Origin: Felis catus
Lineage: Eukaryota
DNA: 64,000 bases
Direction: 5' to 3'
Assembly: GCF_018350175.1 (NCBI RefSeq)
Contig: NC_058368.1
Location: forward strand, 1,798,001 to 1,862,000
Part shown: positions 11,945 through 24,948 of the stretch, one piece after another
Layout: each line of letters opens with the position of its first letter
How positions within the stretch are numbered: position 1 is the first letter of the stretch
Notes under the pieces: model-generated
What the model saw: the letters and a program-made list of their open reading frames with translations, nothing else
Database searches by the model: none
What the model was told of the DNA's origin: nothing
Position numbers and translations under genes: made by a program

Positions 11945-13548
11945 AAAGGACACTAGACAGTGTAGAGTCATATGTAGAAAAAAAAAGATCTCAGGATCTC
12001 AGGAAAGGTAAATGTGGGCAATTATAAATGCTAGTATTACTGTAACTTCAATTTATAACTCTACTTTTTGTTCTCCAGATTTAAGAGACTGATTGATACC
12101 CAAATGTCTATCAACAGACAAATGGACATACAAAGGAATATCATTCAGACTCCAAAAGGAAGAAAATTCTGATACATAGCTACAACATGGATGAACGTTG
12201 AGGACATTATGCTAAGTGAAAAAAGTCAGTAACAAAAGACAAATACTCTATGATTCCACTGATATGAGGTACCCAGGGTCATCACATTCACAAAGACAGA
12301 AAGTAGAATGGCAGTTGCCAGGGGCTAAGGGGTGGGAAGAATAGGAAGTTGTTTAACGTGTATATAGTTTTAGTTTTACAAGATGAAAAGTGTTCTAGAG
12401 ATGGACGGTGGCAATGGTTGTGCAACAGTGTGAATTATTAACACTACTGAACTGTACACTTAAAAATGGTTAAGATGGTAAATTTGATGTTACGTGTATA
12501 TTACCACAATAAAAATATTGGGGGAAAATGTCATTAGAGTGGATATCAACGGACTGTTAAGCAAGGTAATTAGATTGTTGTCATGGCTCTGTTGTCTCGT
12601 TTCCCTGAAGAAGTCATATTTAAGCTAGGATCTAAAGAAGAAGTTCTCCCATTGGCAAAGAAAGGAGAAAGAGCATTCAAGGTAGAAGAAACAGCATCTG
12701 CATCAAGTGGTTGGTAAGAGAACTGATGCGTTACACAGTTTGAAGTAAATTAGGCGTAATTTCAAAAGAATGGCCTACTAATTCAGCAATAAAACAATGT
12801 CTGCAATGTACTGTTAATTTGAATTTTGTTGTTTTAGTTTTGTTTATACTGAATTTGAGAATGTGTTAAATTCTGTAGTTGTGGAAGAATCAAAAGCAGG
12901 ATGAATTATTTACCTCTGAGGTTTTAATTTAGAATAAAAATAACTTAAATCAACATTGAAGTGTCTGCAAAAGTCCCACTGAGGAATGGTATGAAGGCTT
13001 TAAATTAGTAATTTTAGTTTACTGCGAAAAGCACAAAGAATAAATTTTTAGAAAAGCATACCAGGAGCTCTCAGGCTGGAGAATTTCCAGGTGGAAATTC
13101 CAAAGATTGGTGTGTGTGTGCATGCCTAACTGAGAAAGACTAAGAAAACATAGCAAACTGATCTGCAACCTACTGAAAGGTCTCATTTTGGTTTGGTATT
13201 TCAGGATTAAGAGTTCCTTTCATTCAGGAAAAGAATTGGGCAACTATTAAAATCCAACGTCTCCTGGCAGAGTTGAAGTGTACAACCAGTTTCTGATCAA
13301 AGCTGTACCATGATACTGACTAGAAGAGGTAAATGAAAAAGAAAAGTATGTACGTGTTACTGTATGTATGTACAGATATGTGTGTGCATCCATATAGGCA
13401 CATGTACATATGTATATGCTTGTCATAGACAGGAATATTTGAATTTTTATTTATTAGTACTAAGCACTTTCCACAGCTGCATATGTGGAGAGGGCTTTCA
13501 AACTGCAGCTTGAAATCTGTTAGCTAATCATTTGGAAATAAAACATGA

Positions 13549-13765
13549 GGGGCGCCTGGGTGGCTCAGTCGGTTAAGCAGCCGACTTTGGCACAGGTCAT
13601 GATCTCGCGGTCCGTGAGTTCGAGCCCTGCAACGGGCTCTGTGCTGACAGCTCAGAGCCTGGAGCCTGTTTCAGATTCTGTGTCTCCCTCTCTCTTTGAC
13701 CCTCCCCCGTTCATGCTCTGTCTCAAAAATAAATAAACGTTAAAAAAAAAATTAAAAAAAAAAAG
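13549..13765 (+). mobile_element. CAN-SINE (SINEC_Fc type)
   Basis: Perfect TSD GAAATAAAACATGA. Confidence 0.95.
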
Positions 13766-13944
13766 AAATAAAACATGAAAACCATAAAAAGAAAACGGTG
13801 ACATTATGTGCAAAGTAACAAACTCCAAAAAGGAGTTTAAGAGAACTGTCTACTTTCATGGCGGTAAAAGGCAATTACACTTCAATCCATACCTTAGCAT
13901 GAATTTTGTCTCAAAATAAAATTTTATCTTAAAGCTGATCAAAT

Positions 13945-14130
13945 CCGTTCATTTGGTAATCATTTATTGAGGAACTGCCTTGTACGAAGCACTGTTCTTG
14001 GTGATGGAAATCAAAATCCCAGTCCTCTTGGGAGATTATATTCTAGTGAGGCACAGACTATATGCAATAGAAATATAAAGTATGAGTTGGATGATGATAA
14101 GATCAATGGAGGAACATGTGGAGAATGAAG
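13945..14130 (-). mobile_element. L2 3'-end remnant
   Basis: CATTTATTGAG...TGTACGAAGCACTGTTCT...ATATTCTAGTGAGG, typical of the reverse L2 tail. Confidence 0.55.
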
Positions 14131-14449
14131 GGGCTGCAAACTTTAGCAATCATAGATGGTTTTCTACATTATCAAAGTGAGTTCAAGATTGTATCACTTG
14201 TTAAATGGGAAAAACTGAAATTTGCTTATGTAACAAACATTGCTACAGACTAAAAGAACTTCAGTTTCAATACACTAATTTTTTTACTCAAGTCACTACT
14301 TCATCCTATCTTTAATGTTGTCTACAAATTTTCTAAGTGGGTTTATGAAATTGATGTAAAGAGATTTTCATGTCCAAAAGCATTGGGGAGTGCTGTGTCA
14401 TCTTATTATTGAACGGATGCTGAGCCTCACATGGCTCAAACGTGAGAAC

Positions 14450-14662
14450 CGTGGTTCTTACAGGAGATTTTGCAACCACCTGCCCCAGAAAGGGAACATT
14501 CGGCCAAGTCTGGAGACGTTTCTGGTTGTCAGAACTGGGAAGGATGCTACGGGCATCTAGCGGGTAGAGTCCAGGAACGCTGGCAAATACCATTTACGAG
14601 ACGGTCCTCCGCAACAAGCAACTGTCTGGCCCCAAACGCCTCCAGTGCCACGGCTGAGAAAC
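14450..14662. mobile_element. MER20 hAT-Charlie element
   Basis: GTCTGGAGACGTTTCTGGTTGTCA...GGCATCTAGCGGGTAGAG...CTGGCCCCAAACG...GCTGAGAAAC. Confidence 0.8.
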
Positions 14663-15479
14663 ACACAAATGATTGTGATAATGTGGTGAGCCTTCTATTA
14701 GAAAAGCACTATTTAGTGCCATGGGATCAGAACGGAGAGCATGTACCGGCAGAAAACAGAAGTGAAACAGCAGGTGGCATTTTAACCTGGCCTTGAGGGA
14801 GAAGAAAAGATGAAGAGTGAGGATTACAGAGGGAACAGCATGAGCAAAGGGCCGGACACATTAACGTGCAGCATCAGTAGGGATTAGCAGGCTCCTAGTG
14901 TACTGTGGTTGCTTTCTATTGCTTTAAACAGTACTTAACTCAATATAACTAGTGTAATCCTAAAGAGCAATATGCAAATTCAATTACATTTCAAATGTAT
15001 ACAATTCTACAATTGCTATATATCAGTTTTACTTAAAGCAAGCCACTCCCTCCCCCACTGTATAAATTCACACAGTATCCTATTGCCTTCTGCAAGTTAT
15101 TTTAGTCAAGTAGGTGTGATCCAGTGGGGTGAGCATTAACTTAGAATTCATCCCAGGCACTTAACTGGGGGGTGCGGTGGGAGAGAGGGGAAATCTGAGG
15201 TAGTCTGTGAGGCTCCCTCTGCGAACAGGTAAGAATAATCTAGATGTTCCCTACATATATTTTGCATATTGCCCTATGATTCTACCCGGAATCCGATTTA
15301 CTGTCAGAAAAGGGCCATAATCTTTCATTTTCTTTTTATCTTTGCATATGTAGTTTTCCCTGCCTAAAATGCTTCCTTTCCTCTCGTTTTCTAAAATTCT
15401 ATTTATCCTGTTATTTAAAAAATTAACTTCAAAAAAGTGAGGTTAAATTTACCCAGGGCGAAACACATACAGTCCCCAA

Positions 15480-16290
15480 GTGTACAGTGCGATGAACTGC
15501 GACGTATACCTCCACGTGACCTCAACCCCGATCAAGATACCCTTCCGGTCTTACACATCATCCCCTCCCCACCCCGGAAGTGTCCCCGGCCCCAGGCAGG
15601 TCCTTTACTTCGATCATACTGTACCACTAAGACGCTACTGCCCTCGTGCACTGCCAAGTGTCGCGTGTCCCCGCCAGCCCCTCGGGGGCTGAGGTCTCGC
15701 CTCTCCACTCTACACCCCGCGCCCGGCAGAGAGGCCCTGCCTCCTAAGACCCCGGCAGACAGGTGTGGGGGCTCGAACGTCCTGGTCAAAGAAGCACAGG
15801 GTAGTGGGCCCAATCCCACTTCTGACCGGAGCGGAGTTCTCTTACTGCCCTGGCCTGGGGGTTAAGTTTTCTCCTCCGCACCCGGGCCGCCTAAGCCCAG
15901 GTTGGGCCGCTCCTCACGGGCCCCAGCCCACGAGGCCAGGTCACGCGGCGCAGGGACCGCGCTCCCTCTCGGCTCGGCTGCAGCTCGCCCTCCGTCCCCA
16001 GACATTAACTGAATCCCTCCGCCCCCACTGCACTGGCGAAAGGGTGACGAACGGAAAAAAGAAACCACAACCGACTCCGAAGCCGCAGACCAGCGCGGAA
16101 GCGACCCCACCTTCGCGCCCAGGTTCGTCCACTCAGTAGCCACGCGTGCGCAGTCACCCTCAGGTGCGACAGGGGTCGAAGCCGGCCCGCGCGGGCCCGC
16201 GCCGCGTCCGCGCATGCGCACACCCTCCGGCCGGAGGGCGCTTCCGGAAGACCCCGGAACGCAGTTTCCTCCAGGCGTTCCAGTCCTGCC
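15480..16290. promoter_or_regulatory. EEF1AKMT1: CpG island: promoter and non-coding exon 1 region of EEF1AKMT1
   Basis: Sharp rise in GC and CpG content upstream of exon 2 on the minus strand. NRF1-type CGCGCATGCGCA at 16209-16220 and ETS/GABPA-type CTTCCGGAAG at 16241-16250. Candidate exon-1 donors on minus: AGG|GTGACT (GT at 16156-16157) and AAG|GTGGGG (GT at 16109-16110); which is used is uncertain. Confidence 0.85.
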
Positions 16291-18160
16291 TTTAACAGAG
16301 TGTAAGGGCGTGCTGTTGATAGGAGTTGTCCCCTCTTGTCTCTATCTTATAAATGACCTCCAAGAATAGTGGCAATTAAAAAAATAATAATAATAATAAT
16401 AAGGTTTTAATTAGATTCCCTTCCAATTAAACGTATTCCAAGTAGCTATTTGCACTTGAAACTGGTATGTTTCGCAAACATTAAATTTAGGCCTTTGTCT
16501 ATTTAGTTTACTCGGTCTTAGAGGAATTAAGACATTAAATTGAGGGTTTATATGCAGGAAGACTCTCAAACCCTGCACTTTGCTCCTATGATTTGCCTAT
16601 CCAAACTTAATGTGGTTAATGTAAGTCTAGTTATATGCATTTTTCATTTGGGGGTTAGCTGCAAAAAATGGAAGAGATGTAAATGAGTGCACGATCTGAT
16701 CGGTAAACAGATGATGCAAGGTAGAGGTCTTCATGCTGAAATAAGACCAGCTACTAATTTGGCAAACAACGCAATTATGAGGCAACAACATTCTCCACGA
16801 AAACGATGGATACTATTTGGTCAGCTGACTTGCCATTACTCTTTCATTCAACATACGTTAAGACCTCTAGCACAGTACCTACCACATAACAAGAACTTAA
16901 TGTAGGAAATGTTCCCCTTCACCTTCGCTGTTACCGAGTCGTCAGATTTATTTTCATTCCCCAAGGCAATCTATATTATGTTCCTACCTTCCTTGCCTTC
17001 ATTTTCTTTATTAATTTTATTATCTTGCTAAGTTTTATATATTCTCCCAAATACCTTTAAATCCTTTCTGGGACAAGGTGAGGATATAAATGAACTGCTG
17101 AGCTGCCAAACGATGCCATTTGGTAGTTCGTGAAAGAGGTTTACAACTTTGTGAGTACCATGCTTTCTATTTTAAATATAGTTTCCGGGTCTGTAACAAC
17201 CCATGTTTTGTTTTGTTTTGTTTTTTTACTTTGAAAGTTTTGAACTGATGACAAATCTACTAAATACTTCAAAATCAGATGTAACTTAGCAAAAGAGCTG
17301 GAAAGAAAAATGTAAAACTAAAGGAAATCAATAATAACATGAACCAAGAAATAATTAATAACCAACTTTTATGGCAGTATATTTTTACAGAGGTAGTGTT
17401 CCATATATACAAGACTGCCTTGGCTTCTAAATTAACAGAAAAGTTTATGCTAATGAGTTTTGGCTTGAAACATCTTTTTAAGCGTTCAAAGTTTCAATTG
17501 CTTTCATATCATGTGAGACACAATAGTTACCTTCATGTAATGTGTATGTCATGTTATTTTTATAATTAAAATGACCTAGATGTCAGAAAGTTCGTATAAT
17601 TATACTTCCACCAAGAGTGCTGACTGGCCAGACAGCATGTCTCACTAATACATGAAGATTAGAATTCTCCTGGTGAAACATTTTCATTGTAATTTAATGG
17701 TTATTAAAATCATAGAAAAGTGTAAAACATCAAAAGCAATTTGACTGGTATTGAAGTAAAGTGAAGATTATTTGTCAAGTTAGACTTGAAAGATGCTTTC
17801 AAATCAATTTCAATTCAGGAATTACTCCTTTGTTTATTAAAAAAATTATTTTTGTTCATCTCACTACTCTTCAGAAATGGTGCATAAAAGGAACAAAGAT
17901 TACCCTGAAAAGGTTTCTTAAAAGATGAACTTACACTCAAGTTTTTCCTTTTCTAAAAAATAACTAGAAATTACCTATAATTACAAGAACAGATTCTGGT
18001 GTTTTTCTTCCATTCTCCAAGTACTGTATTACCAAATTACTCAAATTAGCCTAAGCATGTTGCAAAGGATGTTCCCTAGAATTCTAGTCCCGTAAGATGC
18101 TTTGAGAAGAAACCATTAAATAAGCTGATGAAAATCTCATTAAGATCTTCTAGAGCTCCT

Positions 18161-18364
18161 GGGGACCCCCGGGGGGGGGGGGGAGGGTCAGTTGGTTGGG
18201 TGACTGACTCTTGATTTCGGCTCAGGCTGTCATCTCAGTTTTGTGAGTTCAAACCCCAAGTCTTGCTCTGCACTGACAGTACGGAGCCTGCTTGGTTGGG
18301 ATTCTCTTCTTTTCTCTGCCCCTGCCTTGTTGGTGCTCTCTCCAAAATAAATAAATTTTGAAAA
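18161..18364 (+). mobile_element. CAN-SINE with a G13 run in the head
   Basis: TSD AAGATCTTCTAGAG; A-box region replaced by poly-G. Confidence 0.88.
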
Positions 18365-18508
18365 GATCTTCTAGAGTTTTCTGATGTGCATTAGTGTAGT
18401 AAAGCTTTAACTTCACACAGGAAAACAAAACAAAACAAAACAAAACAAAACCTTGTTTCATTTCTCCAATTTATTTAGTAACAGCTAAGTTATAAAGAAT
18501 TAGTGATT

Positions 18509-18699
18509 GGGGCACCTGGGTGGCTCAGTCAGTTAAGCATCCAACTCTTGATTTTGGCTAAGGTCACGATCTGTTTTGTGAGTTCGAGTCCCACATTGGG
18601 CTCTGCACTGACAGCAGGGAGACTGCTTGGGATTCTTCTCCTCTCTCTGCCCCTCCCCCTGCTTGCACTCTCTCAAAATAAATAAACTTTAAAAAAAAA
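18509..18699 (+). mobile_element. CAN-SINE
   Basis: TSD AATTAGTGATT. Confidence 0.93.
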
Positions 18700-18889
18700 T
18701 TAGTGATTCATGAAACCTACTTTGGGAATCACTGTTACGATTTTGTTGTTGTAGAATTACGAGGTGAATATTCAACAGAAACTGAAACCACCAACTTAAA
18801 TAGATCAATTTTCTCGTATAGAAAAGAAGAAAAACTAATATGGTGAACTCTATTCCAATACTAACATGGTGGTTGTGGCTAGGTCACAT

Positions 18890-18895
18890 TTTATT
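18890..18895 (-). terminator. XPO4: Probable distal polyadenylation signal of XPO4
   Basis: AATAAA on minus followed by CA dinucleotides near 18870-18878 and GU/U-rich downstream sequence (TGTTAGTATTG; TTAGTTTTTCTTCTTTTCT). It marks the end of the SINE-free block. Confidence 0.65.
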
Positions 18896-21800
18896 GATGT
18901 TTAGATACTACAGTACTTAAAAGTAATTAATGGCTACCAGGTATTGGACTTTATATTAGAACACGTTGATGGATCAAAATGTGTTCTTAGAAACAATCTT
19001 TAAATATAATGCAATCTATTGAGCATCTATTATTATATCCAATGACCATGTTTAAAATTTTCCATTTAGGAAGAATGAACATTTATGGTCCTATGATATA
19101 GAGGATATATTAAGAATTGGATTTAGGGCTCTCTACCTCTCCCCTGTACTGTACCAGTTCATATGGCTTTACCAGGTCAGTCCTCAGAAAGGACTATCCA
19201 GGGCAATGCAGTTATAAGAAGGGGTGCAAATGAATATTGCAGCCTAAGATCTCAGGATATTAGAAGACTAACCCTGGCAGCAAAGTAAGCCAAAATGAAC
19301 ACTATCAAAACTTAAAACCGCTAACTACCGTGGAAATAAAAATATTTATTAGCACACCCCTATTTAACTGTCCTTTGCTTCAGTTTTTTCATTCTTTGAC
19401 TCCAGGAATCCTCAGAGACTTACCTCAGTTCACTGTCATGCTAGATGTTAAAAATAACTTCCCAGGAAGGAGGTTGGTTCATGGGCTAGAACTAAGGCAG
19501 TGCACTGCTATTAGTACTGTATGGGACTTCTGAGCAGAAGACTTTCTCATTAGTTTCACCCAACATGCCTTTGCTTCCACTTAGTTTCAAAAAGAGAGTC
19601 AAACTGAACTGCCATTTGAAATGACAAAGAACGCACAAGACTCCATCTGGGATGTGACGCTTAAAACACAAACAAAAATGTCAACCTAATCAATGCACCA
19701 AAGGCATTATTCACAAGCCACTCAACATAAAATGACTATTTTTAGAGAGAACCATTAAAGATGACTATTTACAAATACTAATTTTTATATTTGGGGCCTT
19801 TAAAATCATTTATGGCTCTCTTCAAGAGACAGGTGATCAGCCTGTGCTTGAGGTCCCCCCCGAATGTAAGAGGGGAAACAAATACTCAACATGCACTCTA
19901 CCTACTGTACCTCTTAAACAACCTGCTTTTTCTTATCTACCCTTGGAGTGGAATTACATTTCAACATAACCTAAGAAATACCATTATAAGTCAATGAATA
20001 TTCAAAGCAAAATCAAGTTTAAAATAAATATATTTCAAAATGCATTTCCTTTTCTTAAAAAAATTACTTTTCCACTGCACATGTTTACAAGATTTAAGAT
20101 TGGGTGAAAGGTGCGAGTGTGTAAGTCTAACACAGAGCAGGATGGCAATTCTCTACTTTCCCTGAAAAGGCCGAAAAGAAAGACCCGAACTACTAAAAAT
20201 ATTTACTACAAATATGCCCAAGTCCAGTGATTTAACTAGTCACTCTGAAAATGTTTCTAAAGCCAGGAGGTGAGATAAAAATAAATATGTTCAATATTAC
20301 AGAATATAAACAAAACCTTTTCTTTCGGAATCCTGAATACTCTATTAAGGTTGGGTTATTTTCCCAGAAGGTAATGCAAATCTTTATCTATACAGATATG
20401 TCTCATCCCATGTTTCTTATTTAAAATTATTTTATGACTGTGTAACGTCCCCACTGTCAATCATCCTATGATTGTAAATGAACTAGCACCATTTCAATAA
20501 GCTTCATAAAATAGCCTAGCTAAATACCCATGAACAAATCACACATGGTCAAAACAAAAATGTAATAAAAATATTTAGTGAAAAGACACATTTTTAACTC
20601 CCATTTATGGATTTAAAAAATACAAATAAAATTTTATCAATTTGATATTCAGCTTGTAACTGGCTCAATACATAGCCTTGATTTATTTCCTAAAATCATA
20701 TTGTAGCATCTTTTGAAAAATTAAATGCAACTTTATACCTTCATTAGTAATGTTAATAGAGGTAAATATTTAAACAGTATACTCTCATCCCTGGGTCTCT
20801 CAAAAAAACTGAAAAGTCTTAGTGTAAGTTTAAAATTTTAATATTTATAAATTTAAAAAATTGTACATGTGCTGAATGGTAGCAGTGCTAACATTTTGTG
20901 ACCATTAAACCACAAACTCACTGCATGGAGCTTCTTTCTTTGTACAGAGAACCAAATCACAATCCCAGTACTTGCAACGTGTCATAATTTTATGTGGTAT
21001 AAGACACCACTCCAGGAAGCCTGGGCTCAGAACACACTTGAGGTCAGATCCCCATCAGGTCCATAGTGCGGACACAGTATTTTTCATTTCAGGCCAGGAA
21101 AATGAGCTATCAGTACATACCTGACAACTCCTAGTAGCTAAGACTGAAAAGGAGAAAACTAAATCTCTCCCCCGGTGAGAAGGGCTGGGAATAAGGGAGG
21201 AGTAAAACCCCAGTGGATGGGTGGAGGAAGATGGTTTCGGGTGCAGCTCAGGAGTCTCGGGCGTAAACTGCACCTCCCAGTCACCACCAAAGCCGTCTTA
21301 CAGAGTTTGTCTTTCCAAAGTAGAGCGCGCTGCCGGCCAGAAACAGATCCCTTCATCCACCCTCCTTAACACAGAACGGACGGCCATTATGAAGTCTGTA
21401 GCTTCACGTGGACCAAACAGATCCTCTGGTGAAGTTCGTCACGCGTTCCCATTAGAACCAGTCAGGAATAGCTCACACTTCTCACATCTAAACCTAAATA
21501 TTTCAAGTTCAGCCTGAACCAGGGCACTTCAAATCAATTTGAGCTCAGCAATACACCAAACGTGGACATTTGTTAATTTTAGAGAACCAATTTTTAACGA
21601 ATCCTTAAATGTAGCATTTTACCAAATCAGAGAATATCCATTTACATTTTAAAACAATTTAAAACATTATTATATCCTCAAATCAGCTATGCTGTTTTGT
21701 AGAAGAATTTATAGAAAATTAGGTTAAAAACTTACATCCAATCAGTTCCTTATTCTCTGGTTAAAAACAAAAGCAAAAACTCTAAGAAGTACTGAGGTTG

Positions 21801-24794
21801 CTTCTGCCTAACAGCTAATATTTTATTCAGGAACCAATATGATAATTATCCGTCAGACATAGCTAACTTGGTAAGGTTTAATGACAACCGCTTCTAACGG
21901 TACGTGGCAAACAGAAACAAGTGGAACTGTAACAGACAAGAGTCTTTTAGGGGTTCAACTGACACTGAATAGTAGGACACTCGAACTTGAAATCCTTGAA
22001 ACTGAAAGCTAGTTACCTTCAATACTTGAGAGATTCATACCAATATAAACAGAAATGGGATACATGGTGCTATTAGAGAGACAAAGACTTGACATCTTGG
22101 GAAAAGAGAAAGTTCAATCAAAGACAGCAAGGGGAGTGTTAAATATTGCCGACTGGGGGCAAATTATAGAGATGCTTGGTTTTGAAGTGAAAACTGAAAA
22201 AGGTAGTAACCATCATATCTGAACAGAGTAATGTAATTAGAAACATGGCTTACAATGAAGGCTAAATTCTTTGAAAAATATTGCAAAGTGTTCTGTTTTT
22301 TTTTTTAACGTAAGCTGTCACACTTTAAACCCGACAAAAAACTCAATGCAGTGATATTAACATGCCCCCCTGTCTTCGAACAGATTAAGAGGCAACAAGG
22401 CAGAAAAGACCCAGATAACTGTGTTGAGAAGGACGCAGTCAAACACTGCCAAGCAGTTTGACCCAGGCAGTCACCCGTCCAGATGAACTGTAAAAGCAAA
22501 CCAATGCTTTTAACAGAGCTACAAGAAGACAGTTACAGGTGCTGTTATATGGATAGAAATTGTGTATGGACCAAGTCCTTAGTGATTGTGCCCTGGGATT
22601 CTGTAGAGATTGTGCCTTTGGGAAAACAAATGGGCAAGGAAAATAAAAGAAATAAGTCAAATAAAGAATGAATTGAAACGAGAAGTTAAAGGATGCTATA
22701 CATGAACAAAAGAAACTTTATAAAACACAAAATTCTAAAAATCATATCCTTGACAGTGTCCCTTTAACATATAAAAAGGGGGGCACAAATAATGTTTTTG
22801 TTTTTAGAACTCTTTTTAACAACTTAGTTTTAATAGTAGAAGTCAATTTACTAGAATTAAGCCAGTGCTCTTTACATCCACTGGGCCAAGAACATTAAAA
22901 CAAAACCCCCAAAAACTAGCGTCAATAAACATAGCCAAAGATGAAACTGGACAGAGTAAAACAAAAGACCCAAACACTAAACAAATATTCAGTAAGGCAA
23001 ACGTTAACACAAACACCCTGAAAAGAAGTCTTAGCCATTGCAATTAAAGTGGCATCCCCGTTACCTAGAAAATGGTGGTTGCTTTTTCCTCCAGTTTGCC
23101 ACTACTCAACGTTCAGGGGACACTGGAAACATTATTTGGTCCAATCTGAAGTAAATCTCACTTTAACTGAAACTGATCTAATGAAATTGCAGGACTATAA
23201 TAAAATCTGGGCAAATTTAGCAAATACATTTCTGTCTAGGAAGAAGTTATTAAATACGGACACCTTTTTATTTACCAAGGTATTTCTTTCCTACTCATCT
23301 TTATTTATAATAATAATTTGATCAGAGTTTTGTCATGGCAGACCTACCCAGTCAGTTGTGTATTTCAGTGTCCTTTGGCAAAGGGACTATTCTTATCGAA
23401 CACACAGATACACACTGCTCACAACTCTTAAGAAAGCATGAGGGAGCTGGGAAACGTAAAACACCAAGAAAGAATATTGCCACAAGTTAAGGGAAAAAAA
23501 GAAGAAACCTAAAAATAAATGCACTTGTTCAAAGTGTTCTTAAAAATACGTGTATTTCATGAAGAGCGATCTTAGTTTTTTCCTAGCTGTCTTTTAAGAT
23601 GTTTTTGCTCCACCTCAGTTATTAGTCAACAATAATCGAATTAAGAGTGACGTTCCTCAAAAAGTTACGGCCTTAGGCTTTGCATTCACTCGTGTCTAAC
23701 ATCACATGCACAGGTTGGATGTAATTTAGATGCTCCAGTTTTGTTAACTGTGAGTAGCACGGAGTTATACAAAGTTCTGCACAGCATCACGTGTGAAGAT
23801 GCATATACTATATGCAATTCAGATATGAAGACTACGTCCGAAGGACAGTTGAGCCTGTAGGTGTCAAGGACACAGCAGGAGAAAGCCCACCCCCTGGAAG
23901 CAGTTTCAGAGCGAGACTGTGCCCGATTCCCGTCACTGTGCTGTGGGATTTTGACATTGCAGTGGGCAGAGCTTCATACGCCGGCAGTTTATAAATTAGC
24001 TTTCATTTCCATAATTTAAGCTGGCACACAGAACTAAGGGGAGCATGGCAGCAGTACAAAAGTCCTGATTAGAAAAATCAAACTAGAGGATCTAAACAGG
24101 AAGTTTTTAATCTCTTAAATTAAATGTACATGGCTCCTGTGAAATGAGGAGAATGTCCACTCTAGCGTAATTATTGCCCCTAATGCCCCAACGTAGAATA
24201 GTCTGTATGAATCAGTAATTCACATCCTTTAAAATAGTTATTGCTTAAGCAAGCCATTCAGAAATAGATTATTAGCCATGGGCTACGTGGCTGAAGAGAA
24301 ACATACCCAAAAAGTTAGACTACATACGAATGAGACTTTCATTTCACTCATAAACCCAACATAAATACACGATCAAAAGGGCACCAGATTCATAGCAGCT
24401 AACACCCTAAACCAACTCTGAAGCATCAAGACTTGATTTCTTACTAAAACAAATCTGCTCTTTTTTGTATTTTCTTCTTAAAATTAAGGCAATGAAATGG
24501 CTACAGTTCCTAAAGTTCTTTTTATGGAACAAAAATATACACCCATTTTCCCCCTCAAGTTCAGGCATCAGAGTGTGACTGGAGGCCTGTATCACACAAA
24601 GCCTGCAACACCAGGCTGATGTTACAAACAACAGAGAGCCAGAGTGTGTGACACAAGAAGCCAGCAAACACCTGATGTTTCTTCTTCCCGCTGAATTACA
24701 AACCGAATCATCAAAGGGAGGAAAAGTTTGAAAGCACAAAACCTCGGAAGAGATTCCACTGTCTTTTGCATTGATTCAAAACTTGTGGGGTGGC

Positions 24795-24948
24795 AGAGGG
24801 GAGGAGTGTGTTAAAATGAAGAGTCCAAGGCCCAACAAACAGAAATTCTGACTCTGAGGGTCTGCAGTTGGGCCCAAGAATCTACCTTTTCAACCAGCTC
24901 CTCCAATGATGCAGGTGGTCTATGGACAACATTTTGAGAAACAATGCC
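24795..24948. mobile_element. MER5-like hAT remnant within the XPO4 3'UTR
   Basis: ATTCTGACTC...GGGCCCAAGAATCT...TGATGCAGGTGGTC...CATTTTGAGAAAC. Confidence 0.65.

Larger units (their letters stand above)
10360..12520 (+). mobile_element. Old L1 5'/ORF1 remnants (10360-12090) and an L1M 3' end (12095-12520)
   Basis: A-rich ORF1-type motifs (GAAATGAAAAATTCACTAGAGGAATTCAAAAGCAGA) and 3'-end motif CACTACTGAACTGTACACTTAAAAATGGTTAAGATGGTAAATTT. Confidence 0.8.

Noticed and set aside
15437..16223. Several overlapping 60-142 aa ORFs
   Set aside because: Expected stop-codon depletion in a CpG island; no recognisable protein.
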